A stretch of 64,000 bases of DNA from an uncultured Prevotella sp. (GTDB taxonomy: Bacteria > Bacteroidota > Bacteroidia > Bacteroidales > Bacteroidaceae), in NCBI GenBank assembly GCA_900315955.1, contig ONBC01000021.1, positions 6,715 through 70,714 on the forward strand, in the 5' to 3' direction. The position numbers and the translations under genes are program-made. Positions 34,248 through 43,204 of the stretch are shown piece after piece (position 1 is the stretch's first letter; the number at the start of each line of letters is the position of its first letter). Below the pieces are notes generated by a model. It did not search any database and was not told where the DNA came from. It saw only the letters and a list, made by a program, of their open reading frames with translations.

Positions 34248-35831
34248 TTATTTTGCTTTCATCGTGATGAGTGGCACAAGCATCTCTTCCATAGAGATGC
34301 CACCATGCTGGAAGGTATCCTTGTAATAGGATACGTAGTAGTTGTAGTTGTTAGGGTAAGCAAAGAAACTGTTGCCCGTTGCAAAGACGTACGACGTACT
34401 GATGTTCGGCGAAGGGAGAAAAGCTTTATGCGGCTCCTTAATAATAAACACATCTTTTGCGCTGTAGGCAAGGTTCTTTCCGAGCTTATAGCGCAAATTT
34501 GTATTTGTGTTACGGTCTCCTATGATCTTCACGGGCTTAGAACAACGGATCGAACCGTGATCCGTGGTCAACACGACGGTATAGTCGCTGTCTGCCAATC
34601 TTTTGAAGAGATCTGCGATAACCGAGTGACGGAGCCAGGAGAGCGTGATGGAGCGGTAAGCACTCTCATTGTTGGCAAGCTCACGCACCATCTTCGATTC
34701 AGTGCGCGCGTGAGAAAGCATGTCGATGAAGTTGACGACAACCACATTCAGATCATTGTCCTTCAGAGAATTGTATTGTTGCAGTAATTTCGCGGCAGCG
34801 TCGGAGTCATTGATTTTATTATAACTGAATTTATCATGCCTGCGATAACGTTCTATCTGTGTCTTGATGAGCGGCGCTTCATTGAGGTTCTTGCCTTCTT
34901 CTTCGTCCTCGTCCACCCACAGATCGGGAAACATTTCAGCGATGTTTTCAGGCATGAGCCCGGAAAAGATAGCGTTGCGTGCATACTGAGTGGCTGTCGG
35001 GAGAATGCTCATATACATGTCGTCCTGAATATCAAACATGTTGCCTAACTCATTGGCAAGCATCAGCCACTGATCCCACCGGAAATTGTCGATGACAACC
35101 AAGAACACTTTCTCACCTTTGTCGATGAGTGGAAATATTTTTGTTTTGAAGATATCGGGGCTCATCAGCGGGCACGCCTGTTGTGGTGTGCGGTTTCTGC
35201 TAAATCGTACACGGATAGCGTCCATCCAGTTCATGTAGTTATTCTTGATGTATCTGGCGAAAGCGTTGTTGGCCTCTTCCTTTTGCATGGAGAGCATGTC
35301 AATCATTCCACTTTCTGCCTGCCCAAGCTGCACCTCCCATCGTGTAAGCGTGCGATAGACCTGCATCCAGTCGTTCCAGTTCTTACAATCGTCAATCTGC
35401 ATGGCTATTTTCTGATAGTCGCTGCGATAGGAATTTTGTGTAACCTCTGTCACGATTTCCTTCTTGTGGATATTCTTCTTTAGTGAGAGCAGAATCTGAC
35501 TGGGGTTGACAGGCTTGATGAGGTAATCGGCTATCTGTGAGCCGATAGCCTGATCCATGATATTTTCTTCCTCGCTCTTCGTCACCATCACAACAGGTGT
35601 CTGCGGTTGAATCTCTTTGATTCGCTGCAGCGTCTCAAGTCCCGTGAGACCCGGCATCATCTCGTCGAGCATGATGAGGTCGAATGATTGTTTACGACAT
35701 TCCTCGATGGCATCGGTACCGTTTGATACCGCTGTCACCTCGTAGCCTTTCCGTTGCATGAAGATGATGTGACCTTTGAGAAGGTCAATCTCATCATCTG
35801 CCCAAAGTATCTTTCCGTTGGTCATATTCAA
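34248..35831 (-). CDS. porX: Response regulator with a PglZ (alkaline-phosphatase-superfamily) output domain, PorX-like
   Basis: Receiver ILWADDEIDLL...DEMMPGLTG, then about 400 aa of PglZ-like domain. Size matches PorX. Confidence 0.75.
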   Translation of the reverse strand: MNMTNGKILWADDEIDLLKGHIIFMQRKGYEVTAVSNGTDAIEECRKQSFDLIMLDEMMPGLTGLETLQRIKEIQPQTPVVMVTKSEEENIMDQAIGSQIADYLIKPVNPSQILLSLKKNIHKKEIVTEVTQNSYRSDYQKIAMQIDDCKNWNDWMQVYRTLTRWEVQLGQAESGMIDMLSMQKEEANNAFARYIKNNYMNWMDAIRVRFSRNRTPQQACPLMSPDIFKTKIFPLIDKGEKVFLVVIDNFRWDQWLMLANELGNMFDIQDDMYMSILPTATQYARNAIFSGLMPENIAEMFPDLWVDEDEEEGKNLNEAPLIKTQIERYRRHDKFSYNKINDSDAAAKLLQQYNSLKDNDLNVVVVNFIDMLSHARTESKMVRELANNESAYRSITLSWLRHSVIADLFKRLADSDYTVVLTTDHGSIRCSKPVKIIGDRNTNTNLRYKLGKNLAYSAKDVFIIKEPHKAFLPSPNISTSYVFATGNSFFAYPNNYNYYVSYYKDTFQHGGISMEEMLVPLITMKAK

Positions 35832-35836
35832 TGAAA

Positions 35837-38800
35837 TTAGAATCCGTCAAGCTCGTAATCCTCACTCTCAATATCGAAAGTCTGTTTTTTCGGAGCAGGC
35901 ATCGGCTTTTTCGGAGCAGATGCCTGCTTCTTCTGTGTAGGAGCAACCTTCTTCCGAGGTACTGCATTATTATTTTGAGGACGTGTATTATTCTTAAGTT
36001 GTGTATTATTATTTACCGGTGCTGTCTTTACCGTTTCTTTATTCAAGGGCTGTGTGGGTTTGGGCTCATCTACCGGGATAGTCACTCCGACTTGTTGCGC
36101 AGGCTTTGGCTCGTCTACCGGTATAGAAACGCCACCTTGAGGCAGGATCTCTTCCTCTGTCTGCTCTTCTTGCTCTTGTGGCTCTGTCACAATATCTTCA
36201 GGATTATTGAGCAACGGGAGCATTGAAGGCTTGATAGGAGCGAAGTGGATGTCATAGAACTTCTTGTAATCTTCATAACTATAGGCTACACCGATGAGCG
36301 GGAGATTCTCCACACTGATGATAAACGGTCGTGCTTTGCCCATGAGCCTTAAGATCTGTTGTTGAGAAAGCAGACTGTGCGAATATTCCAATGCCTCATC
36401 GTAACTGCGGAAGCCGGAGACACGCATGCGGTGCAGATAGTCGTCATTGTCGATGGCAATATCAAAGTCGCGGACGAGGTAGCTGGTAAAGTTGAATTTG
36501 GCAACTTGATAGAGCAGCTTGTTCTCGTTTACGGAGTCGGGCTGATAGACGAGCATGAAGTCGAACTGGGTGTTACGTTCCGCACTCAGTGGCTTCATTT
36601 TGAGTTGCGCACTGTCACTCAGAACCTCGCTTCTTCTTGCCCATATATCCCCAATGTCGAAGTGGGCACCATGCAATCGTTTGCCGCTCTTCACCCCATT
36701 GATGATCATTCCGGCAATCTTTGCAACATCACTCTCCGGGTATTTTTCAACAAGAATGTTAAGGTCTTTGAGACAGTCTTCACTGTGGCCTTCATTCAGT
36801 TTGCCAAGCGCTCCGATAAAAATGAACTTATCCCGATTGGCACCTTGTGGGAAACGAGTCTCGGACAGTTTGACATTAGCATCTACTATCTGATATTTAT
36901 CTGTCTTGAAAGCCTCGTAGGTGGCAGCATAGAGTGAGTCCTCCATGTGAACGCCATAGCGAGTATTGATGACATAATTCGGGTCGGAGAGCAGCGTTGT
37001 CCACTGGCTCTTCGGGTATTCAGCCTTCAGACTGTCTACAAAGGTCTCAGCCAAAGCGTTTTGCCCCTTTCTTGAATAAAGGAGGAACAGGTGATAGAAA
37101 GCATCGTCTTTGTGCTCATAGTCCGGATACTGACGAATGAGTCTTGTGAGTGCCTTCTCGCTCAGTGTGAGGTTATCAAGCTTGTCCTTGAAAATGACGC
37201 CACTATGAAAGAGCGCATCGGAGATGGTGTCGTTGCTTGCCTTGAGCTGCTCCTCTGTAAACGGGATCTGCGCAAGGTAGAACTCTTGTTTGTGCGGGTC
37301 TGATTCGGGGTTCACCGGCGCATAGACAGAGTCGGCCTGAGCCTGCGCATTAAACACGGAGTCACGTTGCTCATCGCTCATATCTGCCAAACTGTTGTTT
37401 TGCTGCATCTTAACAACGCTTTTGTTGATGCGTTGCCAGTTATCCACATTCTCACGTTTGCCCCACAGTTTTTGGAACTGTTGTTTACCTTTGCTTACCG
37501 CCGTCTGACTGTAGAAGTACCATTCTTGGCTGTTCGATAACGAGGTGTTGGTGGTTGATGGCTTATTATTACTGCCCGTCCCATGACCAGGATCGTTCTC
37601 TCCTTTCTGCTGAGTTTGTAGCGCCTCTTGCTCTTCCTGCGCTTTCTTAGCTTCTTTCTCTCTCTTTATCAGTGCTTCTATCGTACGGTCGATGGCGGCA
37701 TTGCGATGGATCTCGTCCATCTTGGCGAGGCATTGCAGCGAGTCTTGAAGTTGTATTTCGTTCGTGTACGGCACAAGCTCATCGAGCACTTTTGAGCGCT
37801 CACTAAGCTGTTCATACTCCTTATTGTCCTTATCTATCATGCCGAGGGCTGCATTATAGATACGCTGGGCATCGGTATAGCGTTCAAGATCCCAATAAAG
37901 GTTACCAAGTTTCAGCAGCAAGGCACCGTGCTCCACGCCTGTGCGCGTAGCTTTCTCATGGCCTTTCTCGTAGTTGACAATGGCGTGCATTGTATCTCTC
38001 CTTGCCAGATAGATATTGCCTATGGCATAATACACCTGATCGAGATAATCTTTGTTTTTATCTGATCGCGCCATGCGACGGAGCTTGGAAACCATTCTAT
38101 CTGATCTCGTATCAGCCATCACTTCGGTACGTGCAATACGTGCATTGAACTCTAATTCATAGGGCGGATTCAAACTGATAACTTTACTATAAGCACGATA
38201 GGCATCCTTGTTTAATCCTGCACGTGAGCAGATTTGCCCCATCAAAAACCACTCACGTGCTTTCTGCTTCTTTCGCATCTCTTGTTTGATCGTAGCCCGC
38301 AGAAAAGGAATTGCAGTTTTATAGTCTTGTGTGAGCAAGTAATAATCAGCAAGCGCATTGTTCCAGTCCTTACGTGCTTGCCAAGGTATAGAATCGCGTC
38401 GATTATTACGGATGACATCTTCAGCATCGTATACCTGACCGTTCTCTATATAACATTTTGCTAACCATGCCTGCGCTTTCGAATAGATGACTGGTTGTGT
38501 GCGATAAAGCATACTCATGTAGGCAAAAGTTGAGATGGCATCGTCGAAAGCTCCCTTGTGAAACTGTGAACGCCCCATAAGCATCCATGCCTTCCAAAGA
38601 AAGGGGTTATACTCACGCCGCGAAAGCCATTCCCGGTCACGGTCAGTCTTTCTTTTATTTGAGTTCCATTGCGGTCGTGCCTTGATGCTATGCTGATCGA
38701 TGGCTTTCTCTGCTTTAAGAATGGCTCGGTCAAAGTTCGATTTACCCAATTCGCGACTGTTCTTATTGCCTACTGTATAGAGCGGAATGATGTCAGTATA

Positions 38801-39013
38801 GTTGTCTTGGTTGCCCGTCTCTTTCTCCAGAGAACCGTCTATATACGCTAATGTGCCGTTATAATAAGTATTATAACGCGCATTAAAGGCATGCCACCAT
38901 CTTGTGGCGGCCGTGTTCTTGGCCGTCGAGCAACCTGCTGTCAAGCTGATAACAAGCCCGGAAGCAAGTAGAATCAGAATTATCTTATGAATCGGCGAGC
39001 GAGATATATTCAT
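35837..39013 (-). CDS. Large TPR-repeat lipoprotein (PorW/SprE-like assignment is tentative)
   Basis: The ATG at 39013 gives MNISRSPIHKIILILLASGLVISLTAGC (lipobox). Multiple TPR-like helices. C-terminal Pro/Lys-rich repeats IPVDEPKP x2. Confidence 0.7.
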   Translation of the reverse strand: MNISRSPIHKIILILLASGLVISLTAGCSTAKNTAATRWWHAFNARYNTYYNGTLAYIDGSLEKETGNQDNYTDIIPLYTVGNKNSRELGKSNFDRAILKAEKAIDQHSIKARPQWNSNKRKTDRDREWLSRREYNPFLWKAWMLMGRSQFHKGAFDDAISTFAYMSMLYRTQPVIYSKAQAWLAKCYIENGQVYDAEDVIRNNRRDSIPWQARKDWNNALADYYLLTQDYKTAIPFLRATIKQEMRKKQKAREWFLMGQICSRAGLNKDAYRAYSKVISLNPPYELEFNARIARTEVMADTRSDRMVSKLRRMARSDKNKDYLDQVYYAIGNIYLARRDTMHAIVNYEKGHEKATRTGVEHGALLLKLGNLYWDLERYTDAQRIYNAALGMIDKDNKEYEQLSERSKVLDELVPYTNEIQLQDSLQCLAKMDEIHRNAAIDRTIEALIKREKEAKKAQEEQEALQTQQKGENDPGHGTGSNNKPSTTNTSLSNSQEWYFYSQTAVSKGKQQFQKLWGKRENVDNWQRINKSVVKMQQNNSLADMSDEQRDSVFNAQAQADSVYAPVNPESDPHKQEFYLAQIPFTEEQLKASNDTISDALFHSGVIFKDKLDNLTLSEKALTRLIRQYPDYEHKDDAFYHLFLLYSRKGQNALAETFVDSLKAEYPKSQWTTLLSDPNYVINTRYGVHMEDSLYAATYEAFKTDKYQIVDANVKLSETRFPQGANRDKFIFIGALGKLNEGHSEDCLKDLNILVEKYPESDVAKIAGMIINGVKSGKRLHGAHFDIGDIWARRSEVLSDSAQLKMKPLSAERNTQFDFMLVYQPDSVNENKLLYQVAKFNFTSYLVRDFDIAIDNDDYLHRMRVSGFRSYDEALEYSHSLLSQQQILRLMGKARPFIISVENLPLIGVAYSYEDYKKFYDIHFAPIKPSMLPLLNNPEDIVTEPQEQEEQTEEEILPQGGVSIPVDEPKPAQQVGVTIPVDEPKPTQPLNKETVKTAPVNNNTQLKNNTRPQNNNAVPRKKVAPTQKKQASAPKKPMPAPKKQTFDIESEDYELDGF

Positions 39014-39371
39014 CTTTAATACCATCCGGCATGTTGATGCCACGAAGGATCAAACTACGGTTCCACAACTTCACTTCGTCGGGTCGTAGTGTCTCCAAAA
39101 CTTCTATAAACTGAGCTGTTTCTTCTTCATTATAACTATCAGATGCTCTCCCTCTATATGCATCGAGCTCTTCATCGTCAAAGTATTCTACTGGCTCAGT
39201 AGCTGCTTTGAGCATACATTCCTGTTCACACATAACGTTGTCAGGGGTGCAGCGCGTGCAGTCGCCTTCTCCAATTACAATCTCCTGACTCTCGCCCCGT
39301 CGATGGGAGCGATAGCCGAGAAAGGCACAGAAAAGGCCAAGAGCTACAAGAGCAAGAACTAAATATAGCAT
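38985..39371 (-). CDS. Small N-terminally anchored Cys-rich/acidic protein, unknown function
   Basis: MLYLVLALVALGLFCAFLGY TM, a CTRCTPDNVMCEQEC cluster and an acidic tail. The 3' end overlaps the TPR gene start by 29 nt. Confidence 0.5.
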   Translation of the reverse strand: MLYLVLALVALGLFCAFLGYRSHRRGESQEIVIGEGDCTRCTPDNVMCEQECMLKAATEPVEYFDDEELDAYRGRASDSYNEEETAQFIEVLETLRPDEVKLWNRSLILRGINMPDGIKDEYISLADS

Positions 39372-39508
39372 TGTAATTATTATTATAGATGCCTATAAGG
39401 CCCGTAGACCCGAAGGCCATCATTACTTAAAGTCATTGATGCTTTGTCATTTGACTGTACTTTTGTCCTTCCAGACTTCTGCACTTCCAAACTTCCGGCA
39501 TTCTGTAC

Positions 39509-40756
39509 TTAGATATTATTGATCGTGAAGCAGGCTTTGCGCAAGTCCTTCCAAAAGTCTGGATACGACTTAGTCACCACCTCGGGATTGTTGATCCTAA
39601 GTCCTGGGAATTTTACGGCCAACGGAGCGATGGCCATGGCCATGCGGTGATCCTCATAAGTGTCGATGGGCTCCATTGAAGGTTCACAGACGGAGCCATC
39701 CCACAGCAACTCCTCATTGTTGATAATCTGAATGATGAATCCGAGTTTACGCAGTTCCCTCTGCAACGCCACGATGCGGTCTGTCTCTTTGATACGGAGA
39801 CTGGCAAGTCCTGTAAAATGAAAAGTCACACCGAGGCCGCAACAGGTTGCGACAACGGTTTGTGCCAAGTCCGGACAGTTCAGGAAGTCATAGCTTAATT
39901 GTGACACAGAATCGAGATGACGCGTAAGCCTCACCGTCGTTGGCTTTCCTGAATGCGGTTCATCGAAAGCTGTCTTCACGCCGAGCAGTGAGAAGATGTA
40001 TTTCACTACAGAATCGCCCTGACGTGAACTGTCTTCCAACCCGCGCAAGCTCACATTTGCTTCACTGATTGGGTAGAGGGATGCGAGTTCATACCAGTAT
40101 GAACTTGCGCTCCAGTCGTTCTCAATCAGATAAGGTGCATTGCTGTAAGGCTTGGGCTGAACCTCAATGGTGTCAGGACTCGTCCAGTCTACTTCTGCAC
40201 CAAAGCCATGCATTACATGAATAGTCAAGTCGATATAGGGCCTTGAAACAATCTCTCCTGTCAAATGGAGAGACAGACCTAAATGCATAACCGGACCGAT
40301 GAGCAACAAGGCAGAGATGAACTGTGAGCTGACGTTCCCCGGTATCTCAAGCTTTCCACCCAAAAGCGGATGACCGCTGATATGGAGTGGGGGATAACCT
40401 TCTTCTGCTACATAGTTGATGGTTACACCAAGCATGCGCAATGCGTCGACGAGCACACCAACAGGCCGATGACGCATGCGCTCTGAACCTGTGATGACAT
40501 GTTCACCCTCGGTTACGGCCAGGTAAGCAGTCATAAAGCGCATGGCTGTGCCTGCCGCACCTACATCGATTGTCTCCGGCATATCACGCAGCGCATTGAT
40601 GACAGCGCGTGTATCGTCGCAATCGGAGAGGTTTTGGGGCAGTTGACCGCCACTGAGCGCATGAATAATGAGGGCGCGATTGCTGATGCTCTTAGAAGCA
40701 GGTAAATTAATGTCTGCAGATAAGGTCTCAGGTGCTATAATCTCATAGGTTGTCAT
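39509..40756 (-). CDS. aroA: 3-phosphoshikimate 1-carboxyvinyltransferase (EPSP synthase)
   Basis: LPASKSISNRALI motif. The ATG at 40756 (MTTYEIIAPE...) avoids overlap with the upstream gene. Confidence 0.85.
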   Translation of the reverse strand: MTTYEIIAPETLSADINLPASKSISNRALIIHALSGGQLPQNLSDCDDTRAVINALRDMPETIDVGAAGTAMRFMTAYLAVTEGEHVITGSERMRHRPVGVLVDALRMLGVTINYVAEEGYPPLHISGHPLLGGKLEIPGNVSSQFISALLLIGPVMHLGLSLHLTGEIVSRPYIDLTIHVMHGFGAEVDWTSPDTIEVQPKPYSNAPYLIENDWSASSYWYELASLYPISEANVSLRGLEDSSRQGDSVVKYIFSLLGVKTAFDEPHSGKPTTVRLTRHLDSVSQLSYDFLNCPDLAQTVVATCCGLGVTFHFTGLASLRIKETDRIVALQRELRKLGFIIQIINNEELLWDGSVCEPSMEPIDTYEDHRMAMAIAPLAVKFPGLRINNPEVVTKSYPDFWKDLRKACFTINNI

Positions 40757-40772
40757 TCTATTTTCTATAATA

Positions 40773-41942
40773 TTATTTGATGGTCTTAATTTTGATGTCC
40801 ACGGGACCCGCAACGCTCGCCGCTCTCGTAGTTCGGTATTTCTTCGGACCGGGAATGAGGGGAGAATAATAAAGCACGTGACGGATGCGCGCCTTCTGCT
40901 CAGGAGTAATCTGATAGCCTAAGCAAATACTGTAATCCATGATGTTGTCAGCTTCATATTGCACACTGTCACAAGAATAGCGCAAGAGCAGTTTATTGAA
41001 CAGGTTGGGGTCTAAACCTTGTACAGAATTCATTTCATATTTTGTATAATCGTTGTATTCTGCACGATTATAAGAATAGGTATCCGCGCAATAATCGGTA
41101 TCCGCACAAGAATCAACTGGATTTACATCACTATTGTCGTTGCTTTCACTCGCTGCTTCAGTAAACACATGATAGAGACCCAAATAATGACCAAGTTCAT
41201 GAGCCAGCGTCATCACAATGTCTGCGCTGGTATAAAATGTCATCTGATGATTGGCGTTCGTATATCGGTCACTTTGATAATAACCTCCTTCTGCCGATCT
41301 GTTGGCATAGAGGCTGTTGATAGCGGAGCAGTAGGCAAAGGGCAGGTTTGCTTTTGTTACACTGGGCGTGGACAAGGTTTCCAAACCAGCTAATTCGTGA
41401 TCACCTTTGATAGAATTAGGCATATGGGAGATGCCGAGCAAGACAGATTCCGTGTTAGATTCCTTGAAATTAAACATCATCACATTGATGTAATCGTTTG
41501 GCTCCCAAATATATTTTACGTTACTTCCCGTCTCGTCGGTCATAAACTGCTCAACGTCTATCGGATATTCTCCGGTATATTTTACATAATCGACACCAGG
41601 ATATTCAAGCTTCTTCCCGTTCTCATCCTTCGTGGCAAGCACGAACTTCACATGTACATTCTCACTTTCTCCGTAGATTCCACCCTGATAGATCTCATTG
41701 ACATATTGAACCAAATTGCTTATTCTCTGATAAGGGATGTATTGATTAGCGTCATTCTTATCATTATAGAGTACATGAAAAATGACGGGCAGCTCGTAAG
41801 TATAGTTGTCCGTAAGTATTGTGGTATCCACTGTCTCTTCCGTAGAGGACGTAGCACGCGAAGAATTTATGTCATCAGAACTTGAGCATGCACTCATCAA
41901 CAGCACTGAGACCAAAAGAAGCAGAAAGGTGTATTTCCTCAT
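40773..41942 (-). CDS. Zinc metalloprotease lipoprotein (M43/pappalysin-like)
   Basis: MRKYTFLLLLVSVLLMSAC lipobox from the ATG at 41942. HELGHYLGLYHVF zinc motif. Confidence 0.7.
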   Translation of the reverse strand: MRKYTFLLLLVSVLLMSACSSSDDINSSRATSSTEETVDTTILTDNYTYELPVIFHVLYNDKNDANQYIPYQRISNLVQYVNEIYQGGIYGESENVHVKFVLATKDENGKKLEYPGVDYVKYTGEYPIDVEQFMTDETGSNVKYIWEPNDYINVMMFNFKESNTESVLLGISHMPNSIKGDHELAGLETLSTPSVTKANLPFAYCSAINSLYANRSAEGGYYQSDRYTNANHQMTFYTSADIVMTLAHELGHYLGLYHVFTEAASESNDNSDVNPVDSCADTDYCADTYSYNRAEYNDYTKYEMNSVQGLDPNLFNKLLLRYSCDSVQYEADNIMDYSICLGYQITPEQKARIRHVLYYSPLIPGPKKYRTTRAASVAGPVDIKIKTIK

Positions 41943-42074
41943 ATTATATGTCTTGGACATGCAAATTTACAAAATATGTCTATAAAACGCAATTATGCAC
42001 CTTATTATTATGCTTAAATATAGCAAACGAATAAAAAAGTAGTAAGAATATTTGGTCATATCAAAAAAACGCAG

Positions 42075-42082
42075 TACCTTTG
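42075..42082 (+). promoter_or_regulatory. -7 promoter box TACCTTTG for tRNA-Pro
   Basis: Exact TAnnTTTG match 18 nt before tRNA position 1. Confidence 0.55.
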
Positions 42083-42099
42083 CACTCGCAATTAAGGAA

Positions 42100-42172
42100 C
42101 GGGATTTAGCGCAGTTGGTAGCGCACACGTCTGGGGGGCGCGAGGTCGCTGGTTCGAGTCCAGTAATCGAGT
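42100..42172 (+). tRNA. tRNA-Pro (anticodon GGG) with an aberrant acceptor stem
   Basis: Manual fold: D arm GCGC/AGTTGGTA/GCGC; anticodon loop CTGGGGG (GGG, G37); variable loop AGGTC; T arm GCTGG/TTCGAGT/CCAGT. In the acceptor stem, C1-G72, G4-C69, A5-T68, T6-A67 and T7-A66 pair, but G2/A71 and G3/G70 do not. Confidence 0.7.
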
Positions 42173-42214
42173 TCTTACCGCTTTTTGTGTATTTTGTATT
42201 CAGAAGTGATACTA

Positions 42215-42274
42215 CTGACACGTGCCGACCGATGCTGACACGTGCCGACCGATGCTGACACGTGCCGACCGATG
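42215..42274. repeat. 20-bp tandem repeat x3 (CTGACACGTGCCGACCGATG)
   Basis: Three identical units at 42215, 42235 and 42255. They sit between tRNA-Pro and the stop of the convergent patatin gene. Confidence 0.95.
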
Positions 42275-42275
42275 T

Positions 42276-43118
42276 TTACCCTTGCGTACAGAAAGCTTCC
42301 CCTAATTGGAATCCTTCCTCATAGAGCCGTTCAAGTTTTGCTACATCTTTTTCCATGCGGTGAACTTCCATCGGTCGCTTAGGACGGATAACAAAGATTT
42401 CTCCGCTGCGCTCCAAGTCCTCAACCATCTGCAATTGTTCATTGTAAGCCTCTATCCGATGGCTGAGAACGACACGCAAGCGGGGGTAGTTGCGGTAGAT
42501 GAAAGAGGGTTGCTTGCGATCGCGGCCCTGTTCCCGATAGCCAAAGTTGCGGGTTGAGATTACGACATTCCGTTTATGTCCCGTTGTCTGCGCACGCCGC
42601 ACAGGGATAGAGTCGACGATGCCTCCGTCAAGCATCGGCTTGCCGTCTATCCATGTTATCTTACTTACATAGGGCAGTGAGCTCGATGCTCTGGCAAGGT
42701 CGCATGCCCGCTGGCGGTCGTGCGTTTCTGTGAGATACTCGCTTCGCCCTGTCTGACAGTTGGTCGTCACCATCTCAAAGCCAGCCGAGTGCTTGAAAAA
42801 CTCGTCATAGTCGAAGGGAATAAGTTCATTGGGATAGCGGTCATAGAGCAGTTTCTGATCAAAGATGCAGCCTTGCGTCACTAAATGGCGCAAACCAATA
42901 TAGTTGTATCGTGCGAGAAAATCAATGTTGGAGATGCGGGCGCGGCGAGGCTGACGGGAGATATAACTCATACCGTTGCAAGCCCCAGCCGAGACGGCGA
43001 CAACATAGTCAAAATACAGGTTGTATTTCATGAATGCATCCAGCACACCACTTGTAAAAACGCCGCGCATGCCACCGCCTTCAAGAACCAATCCCATGGA
43101 ATGAGGATCTATCTGCAT
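42276..43118 (-). CDS. Patatin-like phospholipase family protein
   Basis: LEGGGMRG oxyanion motif, AVSAGA nucleophile elbow and a DGG-type Asp (LDGGIVDS). Confidence 0.8.
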   Translation of the reverse strand: MQIDPHSMGLVLEGGGMRGVFTSGVLDAFMKYNLYFDYVVAVSAGACNGMSYISRQPRRARISNIDFLARYNYIGLRHLVTQGCIFDQKLLYDRYPNELIPFDYDEFFKHSAGFEMVTTNCQTGRSEYLTETHDRQRACDLARASSSLPYVSKITWIDGKPMLDGGIVDSIPVRRAQTTGHKRNVVISTRNFGYREQGRDRKQPSFIYRNYPRLRVVLSHRIEAYNEQLQMVEDLERSGEIFVIRPKRPMEVHRMEKDVAKLERLYEEGFQLGEAFCTQG

Positions 43119-43167
43119 AAAAAGTGTTATTTTTCTGCAAAGGTAGTGCTTTTTATTCTGAATTTTG

Positions 43168-43175
43168 TAACTTTG
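43168..43175 (+). promoter_or_regulatory. -7 promoter box TAACTTTG for pepP
   Basis: Exact TAnnTTTG match 30 nt before the ATG at 43205. Confidence 0.5.
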
Positions 43176-43204
43176 CGATCAAAAGTAACCAAAACGTTTA
43201 CATT

